A stretch of DNA of 46,039 nt, taken from sequence record OL362271.1. One strand, given 5' to 3'. The stretch comes from Klebsiella phage 6939. Shown here piece by piece: positions 1-8,107 of the stretch (positions within the stretch are counted from its first letter, which is position 1; the number at the start of each line of letters is the position of its first letter). The notes beneath the pieces were generated by a model, which worked only from the letters and a program-made list of their open reading frames with translations, was not told the origin of the DNA and searched no databases. A program made the position numbers and the translations under genes.

Positions 1-1848
1 TTGAGGCGTGTCAATCGTAAAGATACAGAAACTCAACTCCAGATGTGGAAGGAGTTAGAGCAAATTCGTGAGTTGTTCCCTTGGTCATTACAAGGTTTGT
101 TTATATTTGCTTCACTTGTTTTGGAGAAGACTATTGTAGGTCAGCCTAAGCTGAACCGTACACAGAAAGATATTCTAGCCTTCCTGCTGTTTGGCGGGAA
201 GTTCTTAGGTATACAGGCAAGCCGTGGTATGACCAAGACAGTTATGGCAGCTATCTTCTGCTGCTTCTGTCTTATCCACATGCCAGATTACCGTATCATT
301 GTATTCTCACAGAATGGTAAGCGAGCAAAAGAGATTGCAGGTTGGGTAGTTAAGATATTCCAGACACTTGAGATTCTGGAAGTTATGCTGCCAGATACTT
401 ATGCAGGTGACCGTAGCTCTGTTGAGTCATTTGATATTCACTGGTTATTCCGTGGTGCTGATAAGTCACCATCAGTTACTTGTTACTCTATTGAATCAGG
501 TGCTCAAGGTGCTCGTGCAGACCTTATCTTGGCTGATGATATTGAGTCACTACAGAACAGTCGTACAACTCAAGGACGTGAGTGGTTACTTGAGCAATCA
601 CTGGAGTTTGAATCAATCAACCAGTATGGTCGTATCATCTACTTAGGTACACCACAGAGTGTTGAGTCAATATATAACACGTTGCCGGGTCGTGGTTACA
701 TCATGCGAATCTGGCCGGGTCGCTATCCAACTAAAGAACAGATGGAGTTCTATGGTGATAGGTTAGCACCTTTGTTCAGGAAAGATATTGAGAACAACCC
801 AGAGCTTCAGACTGGTGGCGGTATTGATGGCAAGCTAGGTAAGCCTACAACACCAGAGATGTATGATGAACCTACACTACAGGATAAGGAACTTAAGCAA
901 GGTATTGCTAAGTTTATGTTGCAGTTCATGGTTAACACAGGTATGGCTGACCGTGACCGCTATAAGCTTAAGCTTGAGAACTTAACTGTTATTAACTTCA
1001 ATGCTGAGCAAGCTCCTGTAATGCCTGTATGGAACAGTGATGTTCGTAGCATCTGGCAGAATGCACCAAGGTTTGGTACACGTCCACAGGACAAATTCTA
1101 CTTTGCAATGAATCAATCTTATGAAACTCGTAAGTTTGACTTAACTGTAATGTTCATTGACCCATCTGGTGGTGGCTCTAAGTCTCAGGATGAGATGGGC
1201 TTTGCTATAACTAAGCTTCTTGGCACTTACGTATACTTGTATAAAGTTGGTGGTGTTCTTGGTGGCTATCATAATGATGAGCTGATGAAGCTTGTTATGG
1301 CAGCTAAGGAAGCTAAAGCTGATATTGTATATGTAGAAAAGAACTTTGGTAATGGTGCTCACTATGCAATGCTTAAGCCCTTGTTTGAGAAGCACTACCC
1401 AGAGTGTAGGCTGGAGGAGATTAACAGTACTGGTCAGAAAGAGATTCGTATCATAGATACACTTGAACCTCTACTTGGTCAGCATCGGTTAATAGTTAGC
1501 CAGCAAGTGGTGATGGAAGATTACCAGCTCATACAGCATTATCCTGCTGAGGTCAAGATGACTTACAGCTTATTTTATCAGATGGGGCATATTACCGCTG
1601 ACCGAAATAGCTTGAGGCATGATGACCGCTTAGACGCGCTGGCTGGGGCTGTGTCGCAGATTATCCAATATATCGATTATGACCAAGCTCGTGCAGAAAA
1701 AGAGCGCACAGACGAGCTGGAGCGCAAACGGATGGCAGCTCTGGCAGACCCAGACATGTACGTTCAGTTCATGCGATTTGGTCTGGATTCTGTTGATGAT
1801 TTTGTGACCAGAAAGGGTGGTGCTAATGCCCTCTCTAAATACTTCTAA
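1..1848 (+). CDS. Terminase large subunit (T7 gp19-like)
   Basis: 615-aa ORF whose N-terminal third aligns by eye with T7 gp19, including the ATPase region and the shared LGTPQ motif. It is the longest ORF at the window start. A TTG at nt 1 sits 5-6 nt after the AAGGAGG at 46028-46035 if the sequence is circularly joined. Confidence 0.9.
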   Translation: MRRVNRKDTETQLQMWKELEQIRELFPWSLQGLFIFASLVLEKTIVGQPKLNRTQKDILAFLLFGGKFLGIQASRGMTKTVMAAIFCCFCLIHMPDYRIIVFSQNGKRAKEIAGWVVKIFQTLEILEVMLPDTYAGDRSSVESFDIHWLFRGADKSPSVTCYSIESGAQGARADLILADDIESLQNSRTTQGREWLLEQSLEFESINQYGRIIYLGTPQSVESIYNTLPGRGYIMRIWPGRYPTKEQMEFYGDRLAPLFRKDIENNPELQTGGGIDGKLGKPTTPEMYDEPTLQDKELKQGIAKFMLQFMVNTGMADRDRYKLKLENLTVINFNAEQAPVMPVWNSDVRSIWQNAPRFGTRPQDKFYFAMNQSYETRKFDLTVMFIDPSGGGSKSQDEMGFAITKLLGTYVYLYKVGGVLGGYHNDELMKLVMAAKEAKADIVYVEKNFGNGAHYAMLKPLFEKHYPECRLEEINSTGQKEIRIIDTLEPLLGQHRLIVSQQVVMEDYQLIQHYPAEVKMTYSLFYQMGHITADRNSLRHDDRLDALAGAVSQIIQYIDYDQARAEKERTDELERKRMAALADPDMYVQFMRFGLDSVDDFVTRKGGANALSKYF

Positions 1849-1872
1849 CTGTATGTAATTTAAGGGATTAAG

Positions 1873-1896
1873 AGTTAAGTTACACAATAGAAGCAG
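1873..1896 (+). promoter_or_regulatory. Phage RNAP promoter, SP6-like (agttaagttacacaatagaagcag)
   Basis: Matches a 21-nt motif repeated 8 times in the window, and is close to the SP6 consensus ATTTAGGTGACACTATAGAAG. Lies in the intergenic gap after the terminase gene. Confidence 0.6.
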
Positions 1897-2059
1897 CTAC
1901 AGTAAGTACAATAAGTAACCGTAAGCTACTGTAAGCTACTATAAGCTGTTGTTAGCTTATGTAAGCTCTTTAGGGAGGGATATATCTCTCCTTATATCCC
2001 TCTCTCTTTTATAGGAGAGAATAGAGTACCTTTATAAACTAAATAGGAGATATATAAGT

Positions 2060-2335
2060 ATGCGTCCAATTACTGGTGATAACGCTAAGTCTATTAATAC
2101 CGTTGCAATGTCCCTGACTAACATCGGTATCGTTAAGCAATCTGAGCTGGAGGATATTAACCACATGATTAATATCAACCAGTACTCTCAGAAGCAGAAT
2201 GGCTCTGTAGTTTGTGTATGGCTGACTGCTGGAGACTTTGCTCTTGCAATGGCACAGGGTACTGACCCTTCAGCTTCTTGGAAAGTGATGGGTGATACCA
2301 ACTCTACTCCAGTTACTGAAATCCAGCCAGCTTAA
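2060..2335 (+). CDS. Hypothetical protein, 91 aa, own promoter and terminator
   Basis: ORF with AGGAGA upstream, bracketed by the promoter at 1873 and the terminator at 2342. Confidence 0.5.
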   Translation: MRPITGDNAKSINTVAMSLTNIGIVKQSELEDINHMININQYSQKQNGSVVCVWLTAGDFALAMAQGTDPSASWKVMGDTNSTPVTEIQPA

Positions 2336-2341
2336 TAATCT

Positions 2342-2368
2342 AGCCCTCTTAATTGAGGGCTTAATTTT
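2342..2368 (+). terminator. Intrinsic terminator-like stem-loop (agccctc-ttaatt-gagggct + T-run)
   Basis: 7-bp GC-rich stem with a 6-nt loop followed by taatttt. Nearly identical to the hairpins at 33116 and 23507. Confidence 0.5.
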
Positions 2369-2920
2369 ATGAAGATGCTGATACTGCTATTTGCACTCAT
2401 AAACCCTGTTCATGCAACACAGCAAGGTTTATCGGTACACTTAGAAACCAAGGAGGTTAAGGAGATGAACAAACGTCAGTTCATCAAGTATGTCATTGAG
2501 CCTACACTCAAAAAGCTAGGTTTATACAGTGAGTCAGCTACTAACCTACTGGTTATGATTGCAGCTCATGAATCAATGAAAGGACACTATATTGTCCAGA
2601 CCACTGGTCAGGCCAAGGGGCTCTTCCAAATGGAAGATGCTACCCATGACTATCTACTTGCATGGGTCAAGTCAAACAAGCCAGAGCTTTATAAGCTTAT
2701 TGTAGCTATGGGTGACAATGAACCTTCAGCAATGAAGATGGTAACAGACCTTGATTACGCAACTGCAATGGCTCGTGTATTCTTCCTACGCTTCCCAGAA
2801 GCGCTACCGTCAGGTAGCGACACCGACGCAATGGCAGCTTACGCCAAGCTACGTTGGAACACTAAGTTAGGGAAAGCTACACCAGCTGACTACAAGAATG
2901 CTTATCTGTCATGGAAGTAA
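2369..2920 (+). CDS. Secreted lytic transglycosylase-like lysin (SLT motif ES...GLFQ) with N-terminal signal peptide
   Basis: N-terminus MKMLILLFALINPVHA looks like a Sec signal peptide. AAHES followed 14 aa later by GLFQM matches the family-1 lytic transglycosylase catalytic motif spacing. Confidence 0.5.
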   Translation: MKMLILLFALINPVHATQQGLSVHLETKEVKEMNKRQFIKYVIEPTLKKLGLYSESATNLLVMIAAHESMKGHYIVQTTGQAKGLFQMEDATHDYLLAWVKSNKPELYKLIVAMGDNEPSAMKMVTDLDYATAMARVFFLRFPEALPSGSDTDAMAAYAKLRWNTKLGKATPADYKNAYLSWK

Positions 2921-3037
2921 CTTGTAGTGAATGGTGTTTAGCTAAGTGGCAGGAAGCTATTGAGGCTGGTGATGACTCATCAGCTAATAACTATATGCAA
3001 CTCTATGAGTTGTGGTCATCTCGTGAAGGAGGAAAGA

Positions 3038-3187
3038 ATGGGTAAGCTATTCAAGAATCGTAAAGTGATTCTTGCTTTTGTAGCTCTGCTAGTCACCCTT
3101 GTCTCTGTTGGTCTTGGTACTGACATGGGTAATGGTACTGCTGAAGCTATCACTGGCGTTATCTGTCAAGTAGTAACTTGTAGCTAA
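3038..3187 (+). CDS. Small single-TM membrane protein, 50 aa (holin/pinholin candidate)
   Basis: ATG preceded by GAAGGAGG. Hydrophobic segment VILAFVALLVTLVSVGLG. Sits immediately upstream of the spanin genes. Confidence 0.4.
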   Translation: MGKLFKNRKVILAFVALLVTLVSVGLGTDMGNGTAEAITGVICQVVTCS

Positions 3188-3399
3188 TGTCTAAACTACT
3201 GAGCATCGTATATGGTCTTCTGATGCTCCTTAAGTCTTGGCAAGTTAAGCAGGAGCAGACAGATGCACAAGAGCAAGCTAACAAGATTGATAAAGACCCT
3301 GTTGATTGGTTTAATGACCACTTTGACGGTGGCTTGCAGCAATCTGAATCAGCAGAAGCCAGCACCAGTAAAGCCACACATATCCGTGTACAGAAGTGA
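3187..3399 (+). CDS. i-spanin (Rz-like)
   Basis: N-terminal TM helix followed by a charged, Gln/Glu-rich periplasmic segment. Overlapped by a +1-frame lipoprotein ORF. Confidence 0.5.
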   Translation: MSKLLSIVYGLLMLLKSWQVKQEQTDAQEQANKIDKDPVDWFNDHFDGGLQQSESAEASTSKATHIRVQK

Positions 3400-3475
3400 T
3401 GGTAGTATGTGTATGCCTTTAGATGATGCTAGCAAACTTGGATTATACATCCTAGAACTAGAAAGAGGCTACTGA
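3263..3475 (+). CDS. o-spanin (Rz1-like lipoprotein) overlapping Rz in the +1 frame
   Basis: Signal peptide ending in the lipobox-like LTVAC, followed by a Pro-rich mature part (QQKPAPVKP). This is the classic overlapped Rz/Rz1 architecture. Confidence 0.45.
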   Translation: MHKSKLTRLIKTLLIGLMTTLTVACSNLNQQKPAPVKPHISVYRSDGSMCMPLDDASKLGLYILELERGY

Positions 3476-3535
3476 TTGTAGCCTTATAACTCATAGCCAT
3501 TCACAGTGAGTGGTTAGCAGTTATAAGGAGAGAAA

Positions 3536-5518
3536 ATGGCTAAGCTAACACGGGTATCTCAACCACTTGTAAAAGGCTACCCAGAGTCAACACTAGATAA
3601 GCAATTTGGTTCATTTGTTACTATTGAGTCTTTCTTAGATAGGGCTAATGGAGTTACTGAAGATGCCCTTGATTTGGCAATTGCGTATTGTCGTGATAAT
3701 GACTGTAAAGTTATTAAGCTAGAGTCTGGTAAGCGCTATGTACTTACAAAGACTCATAAGGTATACAGTAACATCACAATTATTGGTGATAGGGATAACA
3801 GATGGAATCTAGGATCAACAAGTTATGGCCCACCTGTAGGTGAGAGAGCTGATGCAGATGACCCATTTGATAGCTCTTTCATCTGGAAAGGTGCACAAGG
3901 AACTACGTGGTTTGATTGTGATTACCAAGTATCTTTCATTGGTATTGTGTTTGGGGCACCAGACCAGAACTGGGCTGCTACAACTTATGAGCAACTCCTT
4001 GATTATGGTATCTGCATTAAATCGAAGACCAATACCTTTGTATCCAACTGTACATACTACGGGATGAGACAGTTTGTAGATGCTACTGGACAGAATCAGG
4101 TATTCATGGATAACTGTGGTGCAGCTAGGGATGCAGATTACACTATTCGTGACTCACGAGACACTAACTACATTATCAACTGCCATAGTAATCCCGGTAT
4201 CACACGAGTAGCACTAGAGTATGCAAAAGCTGTTATCAACGCAAACAGCGTACTTGTTGACTTAATCAACCATGATGGCACCAGTATCCAAAACTGCACG
4301 ACGTTTGCTAAGCGTCTTGTATGTCGTAATGTTAACAACAGTACTTACTTAGGTCATGTTAACTTGGATATTGGTTTCTTTGACCAAGTTGGTGCTATTG
4401 TCGATAATAACACAGCTACAGCCTCAGCTATCAATGCTAGCAACCTTACAGCTATTGGTGGCTCATCATCTAAGCTCGGTGACCCTGTTGGTTCTGATTC
4501 TGGATTCTTTATCCTGCGTAGACAAGGTGTTACTCAGATTGCATCTGTTAACTTAAGTAATCTTAACCTGACACTTGCAGCATCGCCACTTACTACCCAT
4601 CCTGCGTTCTTGCTTAACTTCCAGATTAGTGAAGCTTATGCAATCAACTTATCTCAAGTATCTTGCCAAGCTACTACAGATAATGGGGCTGGTGTATTCT
4701 GTGCAATCAACGGTAGTGTAATCCAAGCTGCAAATACTTATGTAGCTAATCCAGTAAGGGAGAACTTTATACCTAATGCTGGTTGGGGTTGGCGTCATCC
4801 AATCAACAGCAATCCACGTGGTTGGACTCTCACTAACGTAAGTGTTGAATCACAGGCATCTCGTAGAGTTACTTCATCAGCTACTGGTGGCTACATCGGT
4901 ACTAAGTTCCGTCAGCTACTGGCTGGTAGAACATACATCTTCACAGCAACCTCTATTGGCTCATCAACAGGTGTAGATGTATTAAGTACTAACGATGCAG
5001 GTACAACTACAACTACACACTACGACTGGGTTCGTAGAGGTGGTAAGTACTATGCAACTGGATACATCTCAACAGAAGCTCGTACCCATGAGGTTCGTAT
5101 TAACTGTGGTAACACAGGCTCCTCTGTAGTATTTGAGTATGCTGCATGTGTTCCCGGAAGCATTACAACTTATGGTGACTCATATAATGAACGTCCACCT
5201 AAGTCTACTAGTACAGGTTTATCATCCTATCAAGTAGCTCTTAATGGTGGTGTAGCTCATGAGGTTTATCCTGATTATGCAGGTAAAGCAGGTGCTTATA
5301 CTCTTTATCTGTCATCAGACCAAGGTGCAGCTATCTTCACTCTTGTGAAGGCTACACCAACTACAGCAGCTGTAATCAACTCTGTAGCTACATCTTATGT
5401 AGGTTCAGAGACCTACTCTGTTAGTTGGCCTGATAATAGTAATCCTAGGTTTAATACTTCTGTGTCAGCAACTGTTACCTTAACACTTGTTGGTGCTGCT
5501 TACATCAGTGATATGTAG
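3536..5518 (+). CDS. Tailspike protein (right-end, beta-helix / depolymerase-type)
   Basis: 660 aa, Asn/Ser/Thr/Gly-rich repetitive composition typical of parallel beta-helix tailspikes. Strong RBS AAGGAGAGAAAATG. Sits after the terminase, as in SP6/K1-5-like phages. Confidence 0.7.
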   Translation: MAKLTRVSQPLVKGYPESTLDKQFGSFVTIESFLDRANGVTEDALDLAIAYCRDNDCKVIKLESGKRYVLTKTHKVYSNITIIGDRDNRWNLGSTSYGPPVGERADADDPFDSSFIWKGAQGTTWFDCDYQVSFIGIVFGAPDQNWAATTYEQLLDYGICIKSKTNTFVSNCTYYGMRQFVDATGQNQVFMDNCGAARDADYTIRDSRDTNYIINCHSNPGITRVALEYAKAVINANSVLVDLINHDGTSIQNCTTFAKRLVCRNVNNSTYLGHVNLDIGFFDQVGAIVDNNTATASAINASNLTAIGGSSSKLGDPVGSDSGFFILRRQGVTQIASVNLSNLNLTLAASPLTTHPAFLLNFQISEAYAINLSQVSCQATTDNGAGVFCAINGSVIQAANTYVANPVRENFIPNAGWGWRHPINSNPRGWTLTNVSVESQASRRVTSSATGGYIGTKFRQLLAGRTYIFTATSIGSSTGVDVLSTNDAGTTTTTHYDWVRRGGKYYATGYISTEARTHEVRINCGNTGSSVVFEYAACVPGSITTYGDSYNERPPKSTSTGLSSYQVALNGGVAHEVYPDYAGKAGAYTLYLSSDQGAAIFTLVKATPTTAAVINSVATSYVGSETYSVSWPDNSNPRFNTSVSATVTLTLVGAAYISDM

Positions 5519-5520
5519 TT

Positions 5521-5676
5521 ATGCCACTTATAAAATCAGTAAGTAAGAAAGCAGTTCATCAGAATACAGCTGAACTTATAGCAAGCGGTAGACCAGCTAA
5601 TCAAGCTTATGCTATCGCTAAGGATGTTCAACGTAACGCCAAGAAGCTTAAGAGGCCTTCTGGCACTGGAGGTTAG
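5521..5676 (+). CDS. Hypothetical basic protein, 51 aa (possible 5-prime part of a frameshifted gene)
   Basis: ATG overlaps the tailspike stop (TAGTTATG). The ORF continues in another frame as 5609-5851. Confidence 0.3.
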   Translation: MPLIKSVSKKAVHQNTAELIASGRPANQAYAIAKDVQRNAKKLKRPSGTGG

Positions 5677-5851
5677 TTTGTCACCTAAGAAGTTTTATGA
5701 GCTTATGATAGCTCAAGGTAGATTCATGACCATTAAGAATGATTGGCTAGTACTTGAGCCAACTGATGGACTATCAGCTCAAGAGATTATTTATCTAGCT
5801 AGTCATGGTAAAGAGTTGAAGGAATACGTTAAAACACAAGAAGCATCGTAA
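5609..5851 (+). CDS. Hypothetical protein, 80 aa (possibly 3-prime part of a frameshifted gene)
   Basis: ORF of the six-frame track with no clear RBS of its own. Last ORF before the non-coding end region. Confidence 0.3.
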   Translation: MLSLRMFNVTPRSLRGLLALEVSLSPKKFYELMIAQGRFMTIKNDWLVLEPTDGLSAQEIIYLASHGKELKEYVKTQEAS

Positions 5852-6719
5852 ACCTAAGAAGCTTACAGCAAGCTGCATTTAGTATCAGGGGCACTCTGTT
5901 ACTGGATAGCAGGCTACAGTCAACTCAAGTAGTTGGCTAGGTAGCTACCTGTAAGCTCCCTAGGAGTTAGAAATAGGTTGTGCAAGTAGCATAGCTCCTG
6001 CCTGCCTGCGTCTGCGACGTCCCCCATCGGGGTAGCTGACAATAGCTAGCAGGAAGCTTGCAGGTACTATTCAACTAGTACACTAGCACGCTGTAGCGGC
6101 TGGAAGCTGGCTAGGAGCTGCCGTAAGTAACGTAAGCTGTTGATTGTGTACTACTGTACTAGTACGCTTGATGCAGCTACGTGAAATCTGTGCAAGCCAG
6201 CAGGGCTGACAGTCACAACTTGCAAGCACAATCACTTACTGTACTCATGAACTAGTACGCTAACCAGTAGCTCACAGCAGCTGGCTAGGTAGCTTGTATC
6301 AGTTGGCTAGTACATGCAGTAGTGATAGCAGCTTTGTAGGCTGTACTATTGTACTAGTACACGGCTAGTGAGTGGCTTGTAAGTTCTATGTACTAGTAAA
6401 TTAGTACACGGCTGGGTGTATCTGTCTTTTGTTCTACCTACTCACAACTAGCTTATGGGTAGCTTACGATAGACTTACAACCTAGCTTACAGAGGCTTAC
6501 TAGGTAGCTTACAGTAGCTGACTAGGTAACTGCTGATAGCTTACTAGGGAGTTGATGAGAGCTGACTAGGTAGCTTACAGAAGCTTTCTTTATCCGGTCT
6601 ATGAAAGACCGGAAAGAGATAAGTACGATGCTAATTAAGTTACATAATAAGAAGAGGCTGTACTCCACATACACAAGCCACTAAGCCTATAGGCTACCAA
6701 TAACTAACGAGGAACTAAC
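5852..6719. repeat. Non-coding genome-end region with short-repeat arrays (TAGCTTAC, GTACTAGTAC(GCT), GCTGACTAGGTAGCTTACAG)
   Basis: 868 bp with no ORF over 60 aa and dense direct and partially palindromic short repeats. By synteny this is where the terminal repeat and left-end leader of a T7/SP6-like genome sit. Confidence 0.6.
6633..6657 (+). promoter_or_regulatory. Degenerate phage-promoter-like motif (aattaagttacataataagaagagg)
   Basis: Shares AATTAAGTTACA and GAAGAG with the promoter family but has a disturbed -5 to +1 region. Preceded by a GC hairpin at 6593-6613. Confidence 0.3.
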
Positions 6720-6902
6720 ATGAGTGTCACTAGGAACCTAAGAAGAGTCTGCAACTACTGTACGTGGTACAGCAGTATCAACGAAGCTGTGAGTGCTGTT
6801 GTCTACCATAAGAAGCTTACAAGAGGACAGCGCAAGCAATGGTTAAGGCTACCAGCCAGGAAGCGCAAACAACTTGTTATTAAGCATAGAAAGCAATGGT
6901 AA
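6720..6902 (+). CDS. Early hypothetical basic protein, 60 aa
   Basis: First ORF after the end region, with GAGG upstream. Arg/Lys-rich. Confidence 0.4.
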   Translation: MSVTRNLRRVCNYCTWYSSINEAVSAVVYHKKLTRGQRKQWLRLPARKRKQLVIKHRKQW

Positions 6903-6944
6903 CTACTTAACTATCAATAACTTACTAGGTAGCTTACATTGCTT

Positions 6945-6967
6945 CTTGTCTACTATAAGAGACAAAG
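6945..6967. repeat. Palindromic element TTGTCT-actataag-AGACAA (variant of the TTGTCTC family)
   Basis: 6-bp arms with an 8-nt spacer, in the early leader region. Confidence 0.5.
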
Positions 6968-7156
6968 TTATGTAAATCTATGTAAAGACGCTTGTTCCAG
7001 CTGTTGACAAGAGCTACATTTGTGTTGTCGGAAGCGACGTTAAACACTAAGTAGCTAACCTACTACGGGTTAGGCTCCAAGTGAGCGGTTAGCTACATGC
7101 TCTTTAACAATCTGGCTAGTGTCTTGATAGGCTTACTTAACTAACAGGTGACTATC

Positions 7157-7351
7157 ATGACTATTATCGCATCCATTAAGGAAGTTACACTGCTCAAAAC
7201 TGGTGAAACTTCTTATTACTTTACTGATGATAAAGGTATACAGCGTTCATTAAGTAAAGAGGGTTGGATAGAGGCTTGCGATGGCTTTGAATACACTAAG
7301 CATGAGCTTAAACGTAACAGAGTTATGCAGGTTAATATCTGGTATGCATAA
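7157..7351 (+). CDS. Early hypothetical protein, 64 aa
   Basis: ATG with AGGTGA 5 nt upstream. Flanked by the inverted repeat pair 7114-7132 / 7374-7392. Confidence 0.45.
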   Translation: MTIIASIKEVTLLKTGETSYYFTDDKGIQRSLSKEGWIEACDGFEYTKHELKRNRVMQVNIWYA

Positions 7352-7537
7352 AGATAGCTGCTGGCAACTAGCCAGCCTATCAAGACACTAGCTGGAAGCT
7401 CTTTAATAATTTAATCGTGTGATGCTCTTAGCTACAACTAGCCCTAGTAAAATGGTGAGCTGACGTGACCGCACTAGCGGTAATCTCTTAAGCTGTTATC
7501 AGTGATAGGCTTACTTAACAACAAAAGGTAACTTATC

Positions 7538-7723
7538 ATGAAAGTTTACGGTTTTATTAATCATTCAGGGTCTTTTGTGGAAGTTGGTAAAACAGAGCGC
7601 GGGGCAAAGATTGCCGCTAAGCGCAGGGGTTATCAGCTAACAGAAGTAGGTTATCGTAGCCATATAAATAATATGTTTATATGCACTTCTGAATTACTTG
7701 ATGGTAAGTGGATTAATAAGTGA
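7538..7723 (+). CDS. Early hypothetical protein, 61 aa
   Basis: ATG with AAGG upstream. Flanked by the inverted repeat pair 7482-7500 / 7852-7868. Confidence 0.45.
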   Translation: MKVYGFINHSGSFVEVGKTERGAKIAAKRRGYQLTEVGYRSHINNMFICTSELLDGKWINK

Positions 7724-7732
7724 GGAAAGGCA

Positions 7733-7830
7733 ATGAGTGAATTAAAGCAAATGTGCATAGCTATGGTTGTTCTAATTTCTTGCATCACAGTAGCTTGCTT
7801 AATACTTATGTATGCTGATAGATACATGTA
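7733..7830 (+). CDS. Possible 32-aa hydrophobic peptide
   Basis: GTGAGGAAAGG upstream of the ATG. Product MSELKQMCIAMVVLISCITVACLILMYADRYM is one TM helix. Too short for the ORF track. Confidence 0.25.
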
Positions 7831-7912
7831 ACTGATAAGGCTGGCGTGAGCTAGCCTATCACTGATAACAACAGAGGTAAGCTTGATAGACTAACAACAG
7901 AGGTTAACTATC

Positions 7913-8037
7913 ATGTATCAGATTCAATATCGTGTTAATGGCGCTTGGGTTAATGGAAACAGTTTCAAGACTCACAAAGAGGCTGAAGCTTATGCAAGAC
8001 AACTAAGGCGTGATTATCAGATTAAGAAAATTAAATA
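7913..8037 (+). CDS. Early hypothetical protein, 41 aa
   Basis: ATG with GAGG upstream. Flanked by the inverted repeat pair 7881-7893 / 8057-8069 and followed by a hairpin at 8044-8064. Confidence 0.35.
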
Positions 8038-8107
8038 AGGTAGCTGCCGGAATCTTTCCGGCGGTCTATCAAGCTTACTTCGACTAATTAACAACTGGAG
8101 TACATAC

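Noticed and set aside
6430-6600. Possible CRISPR array suggested by the regularly recurring TAGCTTAC-containing repeats
   Set aside because: The repeat units are only 8-20 nt and irregularly spaced, with no constant-length spacers and no cas genes. They look like the terminal-region repeat arrays of T7-group phages.
7124-8075. Reading the repeated upstream motifs (TTGATAGG...CTATCATG) as sigma-70 promoters
   Set aside because: I could not find a consistent -35/-10 pair with 16-18 bp spacing in any copy. The downstream copies are exact reverse complements, which fits inverted repeats bracketing each gene better than promoters. Host promoters probably exist in 5900-7150 but I cannot place them confidently.
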